This document shows positions 13,501 through 26,600 of a DNA stretch of 64,000 bases, in pieces (within the stretch, counting starts at the first letter, position 1; every line of letters begins with the position of its first letter). The translations under genes were made by a program, and so were the position numbers. Source of the DNA: the human T2T-CHM13v2.0 reference genome, Homo sapiens; NCBI RefSeq assembly GCF_009914755.1, contig NC_060925.1; one strand, written 5' to 3'. The notes beneath the pieces were generated by a model. That model saw only the letters and a program-made list of their open reading frames with translations. It ran no database searches and was not told where the DNA came from.

Positions 13501-16500
13501 ATTCCATTCGAATCCATTCGATGATGAGTCCATCCATTTCAATTTCATGACAATTCCATTCGTTTCAATTCGATGGTGTTTCCATTCGATTGCACTCGAT
13601 GTTGATTCCATTAGTTTCCATTGGATGATGATTCCATTCGAGTCCATTCAATGATGATCACATTGGATTTCATTCCATAATTCTATTCGATTCCATTTGA
13701 TGATGATTCCATCTGATTCCATTTGATGATCCCATTCGATTCCATTCGATGATGATTCCATTCGTTTCCATCCAATGATGATTCCATTCGATTCCGTTCA
13801 ATGATTATTTCATTCGAGTCCATTCGATGATTCCATTCGATTCCATTCGATGATGATTGCATTCGGGTCCATGGATTCTTCCATTCCATTCCATTAGATG
13901 ATTCCATTCGAGTCCGTTCGATGATTCTCTTCGATTCCATTCGATAATTCCGTTTGATTCCGTTTGATGTTGATTCCATTCGAGTCCATTCGATGATAAT
14001 TCAATTCGATTCTATGTGATGATTCCATTCCATTCCATTTGGAGATGGTTCCATTCGAGACCATTCGTTGATTGCATTCAATTCATTCGATGACGATTCC
14101 ATTCAATTCCGTTCAATGATTCCATTAGATTCCATTTGATGATGATTCCATTCGATTCCATTTGATGATGATTCCATGCGATTCCATTAGATGATGACTC
14201 CTTTATTTTCCATTCAATGAGGATTCCATTCGGTTCCATTTGATGATGATTCCTTTGAATTCCGTTTGATGACAATTCAATTCAATACCAATTGATGATG
14301 TTTATTTTTGATTCCATTTGATGATGATTACATTCGATTCCATTTGATCATGATTCCATTCGATTCCACTCGATGATTCCATTCGATTCCATTCAATGAT
14401 TATTCCACTTGAGTCGATTCGATGACTCCATTCGATTGTATTCGATGGTGATTGAATTCGAGTCCATGGATTAATCCATTGCATTCCATTCGATGATTCC
14501 ATTCGAGTCCATTCGATGATTCTATTCGATTACATTCGATAATTCCATGCGATTGCATTCGATAAATCCATTTGATTCCATTTGAGGATAATTCCTTTTG
14601 AGTCCATTCGATGATTGTTCCATTCGATTCTATTCGGTGATTCCATTCGACTTCATTTGATAATGATTCCATTCGAGACCATTCGATGATTCTATTCAAT
14701 TCCATTCAATAATGATTCCATTCGAGTCCATTCAACGATTCCATTCAAGTCCATTCGATGATTCCATCTGATTCCATTCAATGAATCCATGCGATTCCAA
14801 TCTATGATGACTCCATTCATTTCCATCTGATGATGATTCCTTTCGATTCCATTCAATGATTCCTTTCGATTCCATTTGATGATGATTTCAATCAATTTCA
14901 TTCGATGATTCCATTCGAATCCATTCGATGATGAGTCCATCCATTTCAATTTCATGATAATTCCATTCGTTTCAATTCGATGGTGTTTCCATTCGATTCC
15001 ATTCGATGTTGATTCCATTAGTTTCCATTGGATGATGATTCCATTCGAGTCCATTCGATGATGATCACAATGGATTTCATTCCGTAATTCTATTCGATTC
15101 CATTTGATGACGATTCCTTCTGATTCCATTTGATGATTCCATTCGTTTCCATCCGATGATGATTCCATTCGATTCCGTTCAATGATTATTCCATTCGAGT
15201 CCATTCGATGATTCCATTCGATTCCATTCGCTGATGATTGCATTCGAGTCAATGGATTCTTCCATTCCATTCCATTAGATGATTCCATTCGAGTCCATTC
15301 GATGATTCTCTTCGATTCCATTCGATAATTCCGTTTGATTCCGTTTGATGTTGATTCCATTCGAGTCCATTCGATGATAATTCCATTCGATTCTATGCGA
15401 TGATTCCATTCCATTCCATTTGGAGGTGGTTGCATTCGAGACCATTCGTTGATTGCATTCAATTCATTCGATGACCATTCCATTCAATTCCGTTCAATGA
15501 TTCCATTAGATTCCATTTGATGATGATTCCATTCGATTCCATTTGATGATGATTCCATGCGATTCCATTAGATGATGACTCCTTTCATTTCCATTCAATG
15601 AGGATTCCATTCGGTTCCATTTGATGATGATTCCTTTGAATTCCATTTGATGACAATTCCATTCAATACCAATTGATGATGTTTATTTTTGATTCCATTT
15701 GATGATGATTACATTCGATTCCATTTGATCATGATTCCATTCGATTCCACTCGATGATTCCATTCGATTCCATTCAATGATTATTCCATTTGAGTCGATT
15801 CGATGACTCCATTCGATTGTATTCGATGGTGATTGAATTCGAGTCCATGGATTAATCCATTGCATTCCATTCGATGATTCCATTCGAGTCCATTCGATGA
15901 TTCTATTCGATTGCATTCGATAATTCCATTCGATTGCATTCGATAAATCCATTTGATTCCATTTGAGGATAATTCCATTTGAGTCCATTCGATGATTGTT
16001 CCATTCGATTCTATTCGGTGATTCCATTCGACTTCATTTGATAATGATTCCATTCGAGACCATTCGATGATTCTATTCAATTCCATTCAATAATGATTCC
16101 ATTCGAGTCCATTCAACGATTCCATTCAAGTCCATTCGATGATTCCATTTGATTCCATTCAATGAATCCATGTGATTCCATTCTATGATGATTCCATTCA
16201 TTTCCATCTGATGATGATTCCATTCGATTCCATTCAATGATTCCTTTCGATTCCATTTGATGATGATTTCAATCAATTTCATTCGATGATTCCATTCGAA
16301 TCCATTCGATGATGAGTCCATCCATTTCAATTTCATGACAATTCCATTCGTTTCAATTCGATGGTGTTTCCATTCGATTGCACTCGATGTTGATTCCATT
16401 AGTTTCCATTGGATGATGATTCCATTCGAGTCCATTCAATGATGATCACATTGGATTTCATTCCATAATTCTATTCGATTCCATTTGATGATGATTCCAT

Positions 16501-16650
16501 CTGATTCCATTTGATGATCCCATTCGATTCCATTCGATGATGATTCCATTCGTTTCCATCCAATGATGATTCCATTCGATTCCGTTCAATGATTATTTCA
16601 TTCGAGTCCATTCGATGATTCCATTCGATTCCATTCGATGATGATTGCAT
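4570..16650 (+). repeat. 4195-bp higher-order repeat (1381+1407+1407), about 2.9 copies
   Basis: Landmark spacing 1381,1407,1407,1381,1407,1407,1381,1407. ORF track recurs at exactly +4195 (7293/11488/15683; 5912/10107/14302; 4895/9090/13285). Private SNVs shared at that offset, e.g. CTCTTCTATTCC ~8331/12526 and GAGTCAATGG ~11051/15246. Confidence 0.9.
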
Positions 16651-16828
16651 TCGAGTCCATGGATTCTTCCATTCCATTCCATTAGATGATTCCATTCGAG
16701 TCCGTTCGATGATTCTCTTCGATTCCCTTCGATAATTCCGTTTGATTCCGTTTGATGTTGATTCCATTCGAGTCCATTCGATGATAATTCCATTCGATTC
16801 TATGCAATGATTCCATTCCATTCCATTT

Positions 16829-19800
16829 GGAGATGGTTCCATTCGAGACCATTCGTTGATTGCATTCAATTCATTCGATGACGATTCCATTCAATTCCGT
16901 TCAATGATTCCATTAGATTCCATTTGATGAGGATTCCATTCGATTCCATTTGATGATGATTCCATGCGATTCCATTAGATGATGACTTCTTTCATTTCCA
17001 TTCAATGAGGATTCCATTCGGTTCCATTTGATGATGATTCCTTTGAATTCCATTTGATGACAATTCCATTCAATACCAATTGATAATGGTTATTTTAGAT
17101 ACCATTTGATGATGATTACATTCGATTCCATTTGATCATGATTCCATTCGATTCCACTCGATGATTCCATTCGATTCCATTCAATGATTATTCCATTTGA
17201 GTCGATTCGATGACTCCATTCGATTGTATTCGATGGTGATTGAATTCGAGTCCATGGATTAATCCATTGCATTCCATTCGATGATTCCATTCGAGTCCAT
17301 TCGATGATTCTATTCGATTGCATTCGATAATTCCATTTGATTACATTTGATAAATCCATTTGATTCCATTTGAGGATAATTCCATTTGAGTCCATTCGAT
17401 GATTGTTCCATTCGATTCTATTCGGTGATTCCATTCGACTTCATTTGATAATGATTCCATTCGAGACCACTCGATGATTCTATTCAATTCCATTCAATAA
17501 TGATTCCATTCGAGTCCATTCAACGATTCCATTCAAGTCCATTCGATGATTCCATCTGATTCCATTCAATGAATCCATGCGATTCCATTCTATGATGATT
17601 CCATTCATTTCCATCTGATGATGATTCCATTCGATTCCATTCAATGATTCCATTCGATTCCATTTGATGATGATTTCAATCAATTTCATTCGATGATTCC
17701 ATTCGAATCCATTCGATGATGAGTCCATCCATTTCTATTTCATGATAATTCCATTCGTTTCAATTCGATGGTGTTTCCATTCGATTCCATTCGATGTTGA
17801 TTCCATTAGTTTCCATTGGATGATGATTCCATTCGAGTCCATTCGATGATGATCACAATGGATTTCATTCCATAATTCTATTCGATTCCATTTGATGATG
17901 ATTCCATCTGATTCCATTTGATGATTCCATTCGTTTCCATCCGATGATGATTCCATTCGATTCCGTTCAATGATTATTCCATTCGAGTCCATTCGATGAT
18001 TCCATTCGATTCCATTCGATGATGATTGCATTCGAGTCCATGGATTCTTCCATTCCAATCCATTAGATGATTCCATTCGAGTCCATTCGATGATTCTCTT
18101 CGATTCCATTCGATAATTCCGTTTGATTCCGTTTGATGTTGATTCCATTCGAGTCCATTCGATGATAATTCCATTCGATTCTATGCGATGATTCCATTCC
18201 ATTCCATTTGGAGGTGGTTCCATTCGAGACCATTCGTTGATTGCATTCAATTCATTCGATGACGATTCCATTCAATTCCGTTCAATGATTCCATTAGATT
18301 CCATTTGATGATGATTCCATTCGATTCCATTTGATGATGATTCCATGCGATTCCATTAGATGATGACTCCTTTCATTTCCATTCAATGAGGATTCCATTC
18401 GGTTCCATTTGATGATGATTCCTTTGAATTCCATTTGATGACAATTCCATTCAATACCAATTGATGATAGTTATTTTAGATACCATTTGATGATGATTGC
18501 ATTTGATTCCATTTGATCATGATTCCATTCGATTCCACTCGATGATTCCATTCGATTCCATTCAATGATTATTCCATTTGAGTCGATTCGATGACTCCAT
18601 TCGATTGTATTCGATGGTGATTGAATTCGAGTCCATGGATTAATCCATTGCATTCCATTCCATGATTCTATTCGAGTCCATTCGATGATTCTATTCGATT
18701 GCATTCGATAATTCCATTTGATTGCATTTGATAAAACCATTTGATTCCATTTGAGGATAATTCCATTTGAGTCCATTCGATGATTGTTCCATTCGATTCT
18801 ATTCGGTGATTCCATTCGACTTCATTTGATAATGATTCCATTCGAGACCACTCGATGATTCTATTCAATTCCATTCAATAATGATTCCATTCGAGTCCAT
18901 TCAACGATTCCATTCAAGTCCATTCGATGATTCCATCTGATTCCATTCAATGAATCCATGCGATTCCATTCTATGATGATTCCATTCATTTCCATCTGAT
19001 GATGATTCCATTCGATTCCATTCAATGATTCCATTCGATTCCATTTGATGATGATTTCAATCAATTTCATTCGATGATTCCATTCGAATCCATTCGATGA
19101 TGAGTCCATCCATTTCTATTTCATGATAATTCCATTCGTTTCAATTCGATGGTGTTTCCATTCGATTCCATTCGATGTTGATTCCATTAGTTTCCATTGG
19201 ATGATGATTCCATTCGAGTCCATTTGATGATGATCACAATGGATTTCATTCCATAATTCTATTCGATTCCATTTGATGATGATTCCATCTGATTCCATTT
19301 GATGATTCCATTCGTTTCCATCCGATGATGATTCCATTCGATTCCGTTCAATGATTATTCCATTCGAGTCCATTCGATGATTCCATTCGATTCCATTCGA
19401 TGATGATTGCATTCGAGTCCATGGATTCTTCCATTCCAATCCATTAGATGATTCCATTCGAGTCCATTCTATGATTCTCTTCGATTCCATTCGATAATTC
19501 CGTTTGATTCCGTTTGATGTTGATTCCATTCGAGTCCATTCGATGATAATTCCATTCGATTCTATGCGATGATTCCATTCCATTCCATTTGGAGGTGGTT
19601 CCATTCGAGACCATTCGTTGATTGCATTCAATTCATTCGATGACGATTCCATTCAATTCCGTTCAATGATTCCATTAGATTCCATTTGATGATGATTCCA
19701 TTCGATTCCATTTGATGATGATTCCATGCGATTCCATTAGATGATGACTCCTTTCATTTCCATTCAATGAGGATTCCATTCGGTTCCATTTGATGATGAT

Positions 19801-20971
19801 TCCTTTGAATTCCATTTGATGACAATTCCATTCAATACCAATTGATGATGGTTATTTTAGATACCATTTGATGATGATTACATTCGATTCCATTTGATCA
19901 TGATTCCATTCGATTCCACTCGATGATTCCATTCGATTCCATTCAATGATTATTCCATTTGAGTCGATTCGATGACTCCATTCGATTGTATTCGATGGTG
20001 ATTGAATTCGAGTACATGGATTAATCCATTGCATTCCATTCCATGATTCCATTCGAGTCCATTCGATGATTCTATTCGATTGCATTCGATAATTCCATTT
20101 GATTGCATTTGATAAAACCATTTGATTCCATTTGAGGATAATTCCATTTGAGTCCATTCGATGATTGTTCCATTCGATTCTATTCGGTGATTGCATTCGA
20201 CTTCATTTGATAATGATTCCATTCGAGACCACTCGATGATTCTATTCAATTCCATTCAATAATGATTCCATTCGAGTCCATTCAACGATTCCATTCAAGT
20301 CCATTCGATGATTCCATCTGATTCCATTCAATGAATCCATGCGATTCCATTCTATGATGATTCCATTCATTTCCATCTGATGATGATTCCATTCGATTCC
20401 ATTCAATGATTCCATTCGATTCCATTTGATGATGATTTCAATCAATTTCATTCGATGATTCCATTCGAATCCATTCGATGATGAGTCCATCCATTTCTAT
20501 TTCATGATAATTCCATTCGTTTCAATTCGATGGTGTTTCCATTCGATTCCATTCGATGTTGATTCCATTAGTTTCCATTGGATGATGATTCCATTCGAGT
20601 CCATTCGATGATGATCACAATGGATTTCATTCCATAATTCTATTCGATTCCATTTGATGATGATTCCATCTGATTCCATTTGATGATTCCATTCGTTTCC
20701 ATCCGATGATGATTCCATTCGATTCCGTTCAATGATTATTCCATTCGAGTCCATTCGATGATTCCATTCGATTCCATTCGATGATGATTACATTCGAGTC
20801 CATGGATTCTTCCATTCCATTCCATTAGATGATTCCATTCGAGTCCATTCGATGATTCTCTTCGATTCCATTCGATAATTCCGTTTGATTCCGTTTGATG
20901 TTGATTCCATTCGAGTCCATTCGATGATAATTCCATTCGATTCTATGCGATGATTACATTCCATTCCATTT
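16829..20971 (+). repeat. Three tandem 1381-bp units of one local variant
   Basis: Landmarks at 16829, 18210, 19591 and 20972. Private markers TTTTAGATACC (~17093, 18474, 19855) and GAGACCACTCG (~17463, 18844, 20225) recur at +1381. ORFs at 17090/18471/19852. Confidence 0.88.
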
Positions 20972-23634
20972 GGAGGTGGTTCCATTCGAGACCATTCGTT
21001 GATTGCATTCAATTCATTCGATGACGATTCCATTCAATTCCGTTCAATGATTCCATTAGATTCCATTTGATGATGATTCCATTCGATTCCATTTGATGAT
21101 GATTCCATGCGATTCCATTAGATGATGACTCCTTTCATTTCCATTCAATGAGGATTCCATTCGGTTCCATTTGATGATGATTCCTTTGAATTCCATTTGA
21201 TGACAATTCCATTCAATACCAATTGATGATGGTTATTTTAGATTCCATTTGATGATGATTACATTCGATTCCATTTGATCATGATTCCATTCGATTCCAC
21301 TCGATGATTCCATTCGATTCCATTCAATGATTATTCCATTTGAGTCGATTCGATGACTCCATTCGATTGTATTCGATGGTGATTCAATTCGAGTCCATGG
21401 ATTAATCCATTGCATTCCATTCGATGATTCCATTCGAGACCATTCGATGATTCTATTCAATTCCATTCAATAATGATTTCATTCGAGTCCATTCAACGAT
21501 TCCATTCAAGTCCATTCAATGATTCCATCTGATTCCATTCAATGAATCCATGTGATTCCATTCTATGATGATTCCATTCATTTCCATCTGATGATGATTC
21601 CATTCGATTCCATTCAATGATTCCTTTCGATTCCATTTGATGATGATTTCAATCAATTTCATTCGATGATTCCATTCGAATCCATTCGATGATGAGTCCA
21701 TCCATTTCAATTTCATGATAATTCCATTCGTTTCAATTCGATGGTGTTTCCATTCGATTCCATTCGATGTTGATTCCATTAGTTTCCATTGGATGATGAT
21801 TCCATTCGAGTCCATTCAATGATGTTCACATTGGATTTCATTCCATAATTCTATTCGATTCCATTTGATGATGATTCCATCTGATTCCATTTGATGATCC
21901 CATTCGATTCCATTCGATGATGATTCCATTCGTTTCCATCCGATGATGATTCCATTCGATTCCGTTCAATTATTATTCCATTCGAGTCCATTCGATGATT
22001 CCATTAGATTCCATTCGATGATGAGTGCATTCGAGTCCATGGATTCTTCCATTCCATTCCATTAGATGATTCCATTCGAGTCCGTTCGATGATTCTTTTC
22101 GATTCCATTCGATAATTCCGTTTGATTCCGTTTGATGTTGATTCCATTCGAGTCCATTCGATGATAATTCCATTCGATTCTATGTGATGATTCCACTGCA
22201 TTCCATTTGGAGATGGTTCCATTCGAGACCATTCCTTGATTGCATTCAATTCATTCGATGGCGATTCCATTCAATTCCGTTCAATGATTCCATTAGATTC
22301 CATTTGATGATGATACCATTCGATTCAATTTGATGTTGATTCCATGCGATTCCATTAGATGATGACTCCTTTCATTTCCATTCAATGAAGATTCCATTCG
22401 GTTCCATTTGATGATGATTCCTTTGAATTCCGTTTGATGACAATTCCATTCAATACCAATTGATGATGGTTATTTTTGATTCCATTTGATGATGACTACT
22501 TTCGATTCCATTTGTTCATGATTCTATTCGATTCCACTCGATGATTCCATTCAATGATGTTTCCATTCGATTTCATTGACTATTCCATTCCGTTTCAATC
22601 GATGATTCCTTTCAAGTCCATTCGATGATTCTATTCGATTGCATTCGATTATTCCATTCGATTGCATTCGATAATTCCATTCGATTCCACTTGAGGATAA
22701 TTCCATTTGAGTCCATTCGATGATTGTTCCATTCGATTCTATTCGGTGATTCCATTCGATTCCATTTGATAATGATTCCTTTCGAGACCATTCGATGATT
22801 CCATTCAATTCCATTCAATAATGATTCCATTCGAGTCCATTCAATGATTCCATTCAAGTCCATTCGATGATTCCATCTGATTCCATTCAATGAATCCATT
22901 CGATTCCATTCTATGATGATTCCATTCATTTCCATGTGATGATGATTCCATTCGATTCCATTCAATGATTCCATTCGATTCCATTTGATGATGATTTCAA
23001 TCAATTTCATTCGATGATTCCATTCGAATCCATTCGATGATGAGTCCATCCATTTCAATTTCATGATAATTCCATTCGTTTCAATTCGATGGTGTTTCCA
23101 TTCGATTCCATTCGATGATGATTCCATTAGTTTCCATTGGATGATGATTCCATTCGAGTCCATTCGATGATGATCACAATGGATTTCATTCCATAATTCT
23201 ATTCGATTCCATTTGATGATGATTCCATCTGATTCCATTTGATGATTCCATTCGTTTCCATCCGATGATGATTCCATTCGATTCCGTTCAATGATTATTC
23301 CATTCGAGTCCATTCGATGATTCCATTCGATTCCATTCGATGATGATTGCATTCGAGTCCATGGATTCTTCCATTCCATTCCATTAGATGGTTCCATTCG
23401 AGTCCATTCGATGATTCTCTTCGATTCCATTCGATAATTCCGTTTGATTCCGTTTGATGTTGATTCCATTCGTGTCCATTCGATGATAATTCCATTCGAT
23501 TCTATGCGATGATTCCATTCCATTCCATTTGGAGGTGGTTCCATTCGAGACCATTCGTTGATTGCATTCAATTCATTCGATGACGATTCCATTCAATTCC
23601 GTTCAATGATTCCATTAGATTCCATTTGATGATG

Positions 23635-26600
23635 ATTCCATTCGATTCCATTTGATGATGATTCCATGCGATTCCATTAGATGATGACTCCTTTCATTTC
23701 CATTCAATGAGGATTCCATTCGGTTCCATTTGATGATGATTCCTTTGAATTCCATTTGATGACAATTCCATTCAATACCAATTGATGATGGTTATTTTAG
23801 ATTCCATTTGATGATGATTACATTCGATTCCATTTGATCATGATTCCATTCGATTCCACTCGATGATTCCATTCGATTCCATTCAATGATTATTCCATTT
23901 GAGTCGATTCGATGACTCCATTCGATTGTATTCGATGGTGATTGAATTCGAGTCCATGGATTAATCCATTGCATTCCATTCGATGATTCCATTCGAGTCC
24001 ATTCGATGATTCTATTCGATTGCATTCGATAATTCCATTCGATTGCATTCGATAAATCCATTTGATTCCATTTGAGGATAATTCCATTTGAGTCCATTCG
24101 ATGATTGTTCCATTCGATTCTATTCGGTGTTTCCATTCGACTTCATTTGATAATGATTCCATTCGAGATCATTCGATGATTCTATTCAATTCCATTCAAT
24201 AATGATTCCATTCGAGTCCATTCAACGATTCCATTCAAGTCCATTCGATGATTCCATCTGATTCCATTCAATGAATCCATGCGATTCCATTCTATGATGA
24301 TTCCATTCATTTCCATCTGATGATGATTCCATTCGATTCCATTCAATGATTCCATTCGATTCCATTTGATGATGATTTCAATCAATTTCATTCGATGATT
24401 CCATTCGAATCCATTCGATGATGAGTCCATCCATTTCAATTTCATGATAATTCCATTCGTTTCAATTCGATGGTGTTTCCATTCGATTGCATTCGATGTT
24501 GATTCCATTAGTTTCCATTGGATGATGATTCCATTCGAGTCCATTCAATGATGATCACATTGGATTTCATTCCATAATTCTATTCGATTCCATTTGATGA
24601 TGATTCCATCTGATTCCATTTGATGATCCCATTCGATTCCATTCGATGATGATTCCATTCGTTTCCATCCAATGATGATTCCATTCGATTCCGTTCAATG
24701 ATTATTCCATTCGAGTCCATTCGATGATTCCATTCGATTCCATTCGATGATGATTGCATTCGGGTCCATGGATTCTTCCATTCCATTCCATTAGATGATT
24801 CCATTCGAGTCCGTTCGATGATTCTCTTCGATTCCATTCGATAATTCCGTTTGATTCCGTTTGATGTTGATTCCATTCGAGTCCATTCGATGATAATTCC
24901 ATTCGATTCTGTGTGATGATTCCATTCCATTCCATTTGGAGATGGTTCCATTCGAGACCATTCGTTGATTGCATTCAATTCATTCGATGACGATTCCATT
25001 CAATTCCGTTCAATGATTCCATTAGATTCAATTTGATGATGATTCCATTCGATTCCATTTGATGATGATTCCATACGATTCCATTAGATGATGACTCCTT
25101 TATTTTCCATTCAATGAGGATTCCACTCGGTTCCATTTGATGATGATTCCTTTGAATTCCGTTTGATGACAATTCAATTCAATACCAATTGATGATGGTT
25201 AATTTTGATTCCATTTGATGATTACTTTCGATTCCATTTGATCATGATTCCATTCAATTCCACTCGATGATTCCATTCAATGATGATTCCATTCGAGTTC
25301 ATTGACTATTCCATTCCATTTCAATCGATGATTCCTTTCAAGTCCATTTGATGATTCTATTCGATTGCATTCGATTATTCCATTCAATTGCATTCGATAA
25401 TTCCATTCGATTCCATTTGAGGATAATTCCATTTGAGTCCATTCGATGATTGTTCCATTAGATTCTATTCGGTGATTCCATTCGATTCCATTTGATAATG
25501 ATTCCATTCGAGACCATTCGATGATTCCATTCAATTCCATTCAATAATGATTCCATTCGAGTCCATTCAACGATTCCATTCAAGTCCATTCGATGATTCC
25601 ATCTGATTCCATTCAATGAATCCATGCGATTCCATTCTATGATGATTCCATTCATTTCCATCTGATGATGATTCCATTCGATTCCATTCAATGATTCCTT
25701 TCGATTCCATTTGATGATGATTTCAATCAATTTCATTCGATGATTCCATTCGAATCCATTCGATGATGAGTCCATCCATTTCTATTTCATGATAATTCCA
25801 TTCCTTTCAATTCGATGGTGTTTCCATTCGATTCCATTCGATGTTGATTCCATTAGTTTCCATTGGATGATGATTCCATTCTAGTCCATTCGATGATGAT
25901 CACAATGGATTTCATTCCATAATTCTATTCGATTCCATTTGATGGTGATTCCATCTGATTCCATTTGATGATTCCATTCGTTTCCATCCGATGATGATTC
26001 CATTCGATTCCTTTCAATGTTTATTCCATTCGAGTCCATTCGATGATTCCATTCGATTCCATTCGATGATGATTGCATTCGGGTCCATGGATTCTTCAAT
26101 TCCATTCCATTAGATGATTCCATTCCAGTCCATTCGATGATTCTCTTCTATTCCATTCGATAATTCCGTTTGATTCCCTTTGATGTTGATTCCATTCGAG
26201 TCCATTCGATGATAATTCCATTCGATTCTATGCGATGATTCCATTCCATTCCATTTGGAGGTGGTTCCATTCGAGACCATTCGTTGATTGCATTCAATTC
26301 ATTCGATGACGATTCCATTCAATTCCGTTCAATGATTCCATTAGATTCCATTTGATGATGATTCCATTCGATTCCATTTGATGATGATTCCATGCGATTC
26401 AATTAGATGATGACTCCTTTCATTTCCATTCAATGAGGATTCCATTCGGTTCCATTTGATGATGATTCCTTTGAATTCCATTTGATGACAATTCCATTCA
26501 ACACCAATTGATGATGGTTATTTTAGATTCCATTTGATGATGATTACATTCGATTCCATTTGATCATGATTCCATTCGATTCCACTCGATGATTCCATTC

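Noticed and set aside
25201-25230. 3-bp GAT deletion producing 1319-bp units (also ~29295, 35535, 39615, 48925)
   Set aside because: Ordinary slippage in a (GAT)3 run propagated by the larger duplications; useful as a marker but not notable on its own.
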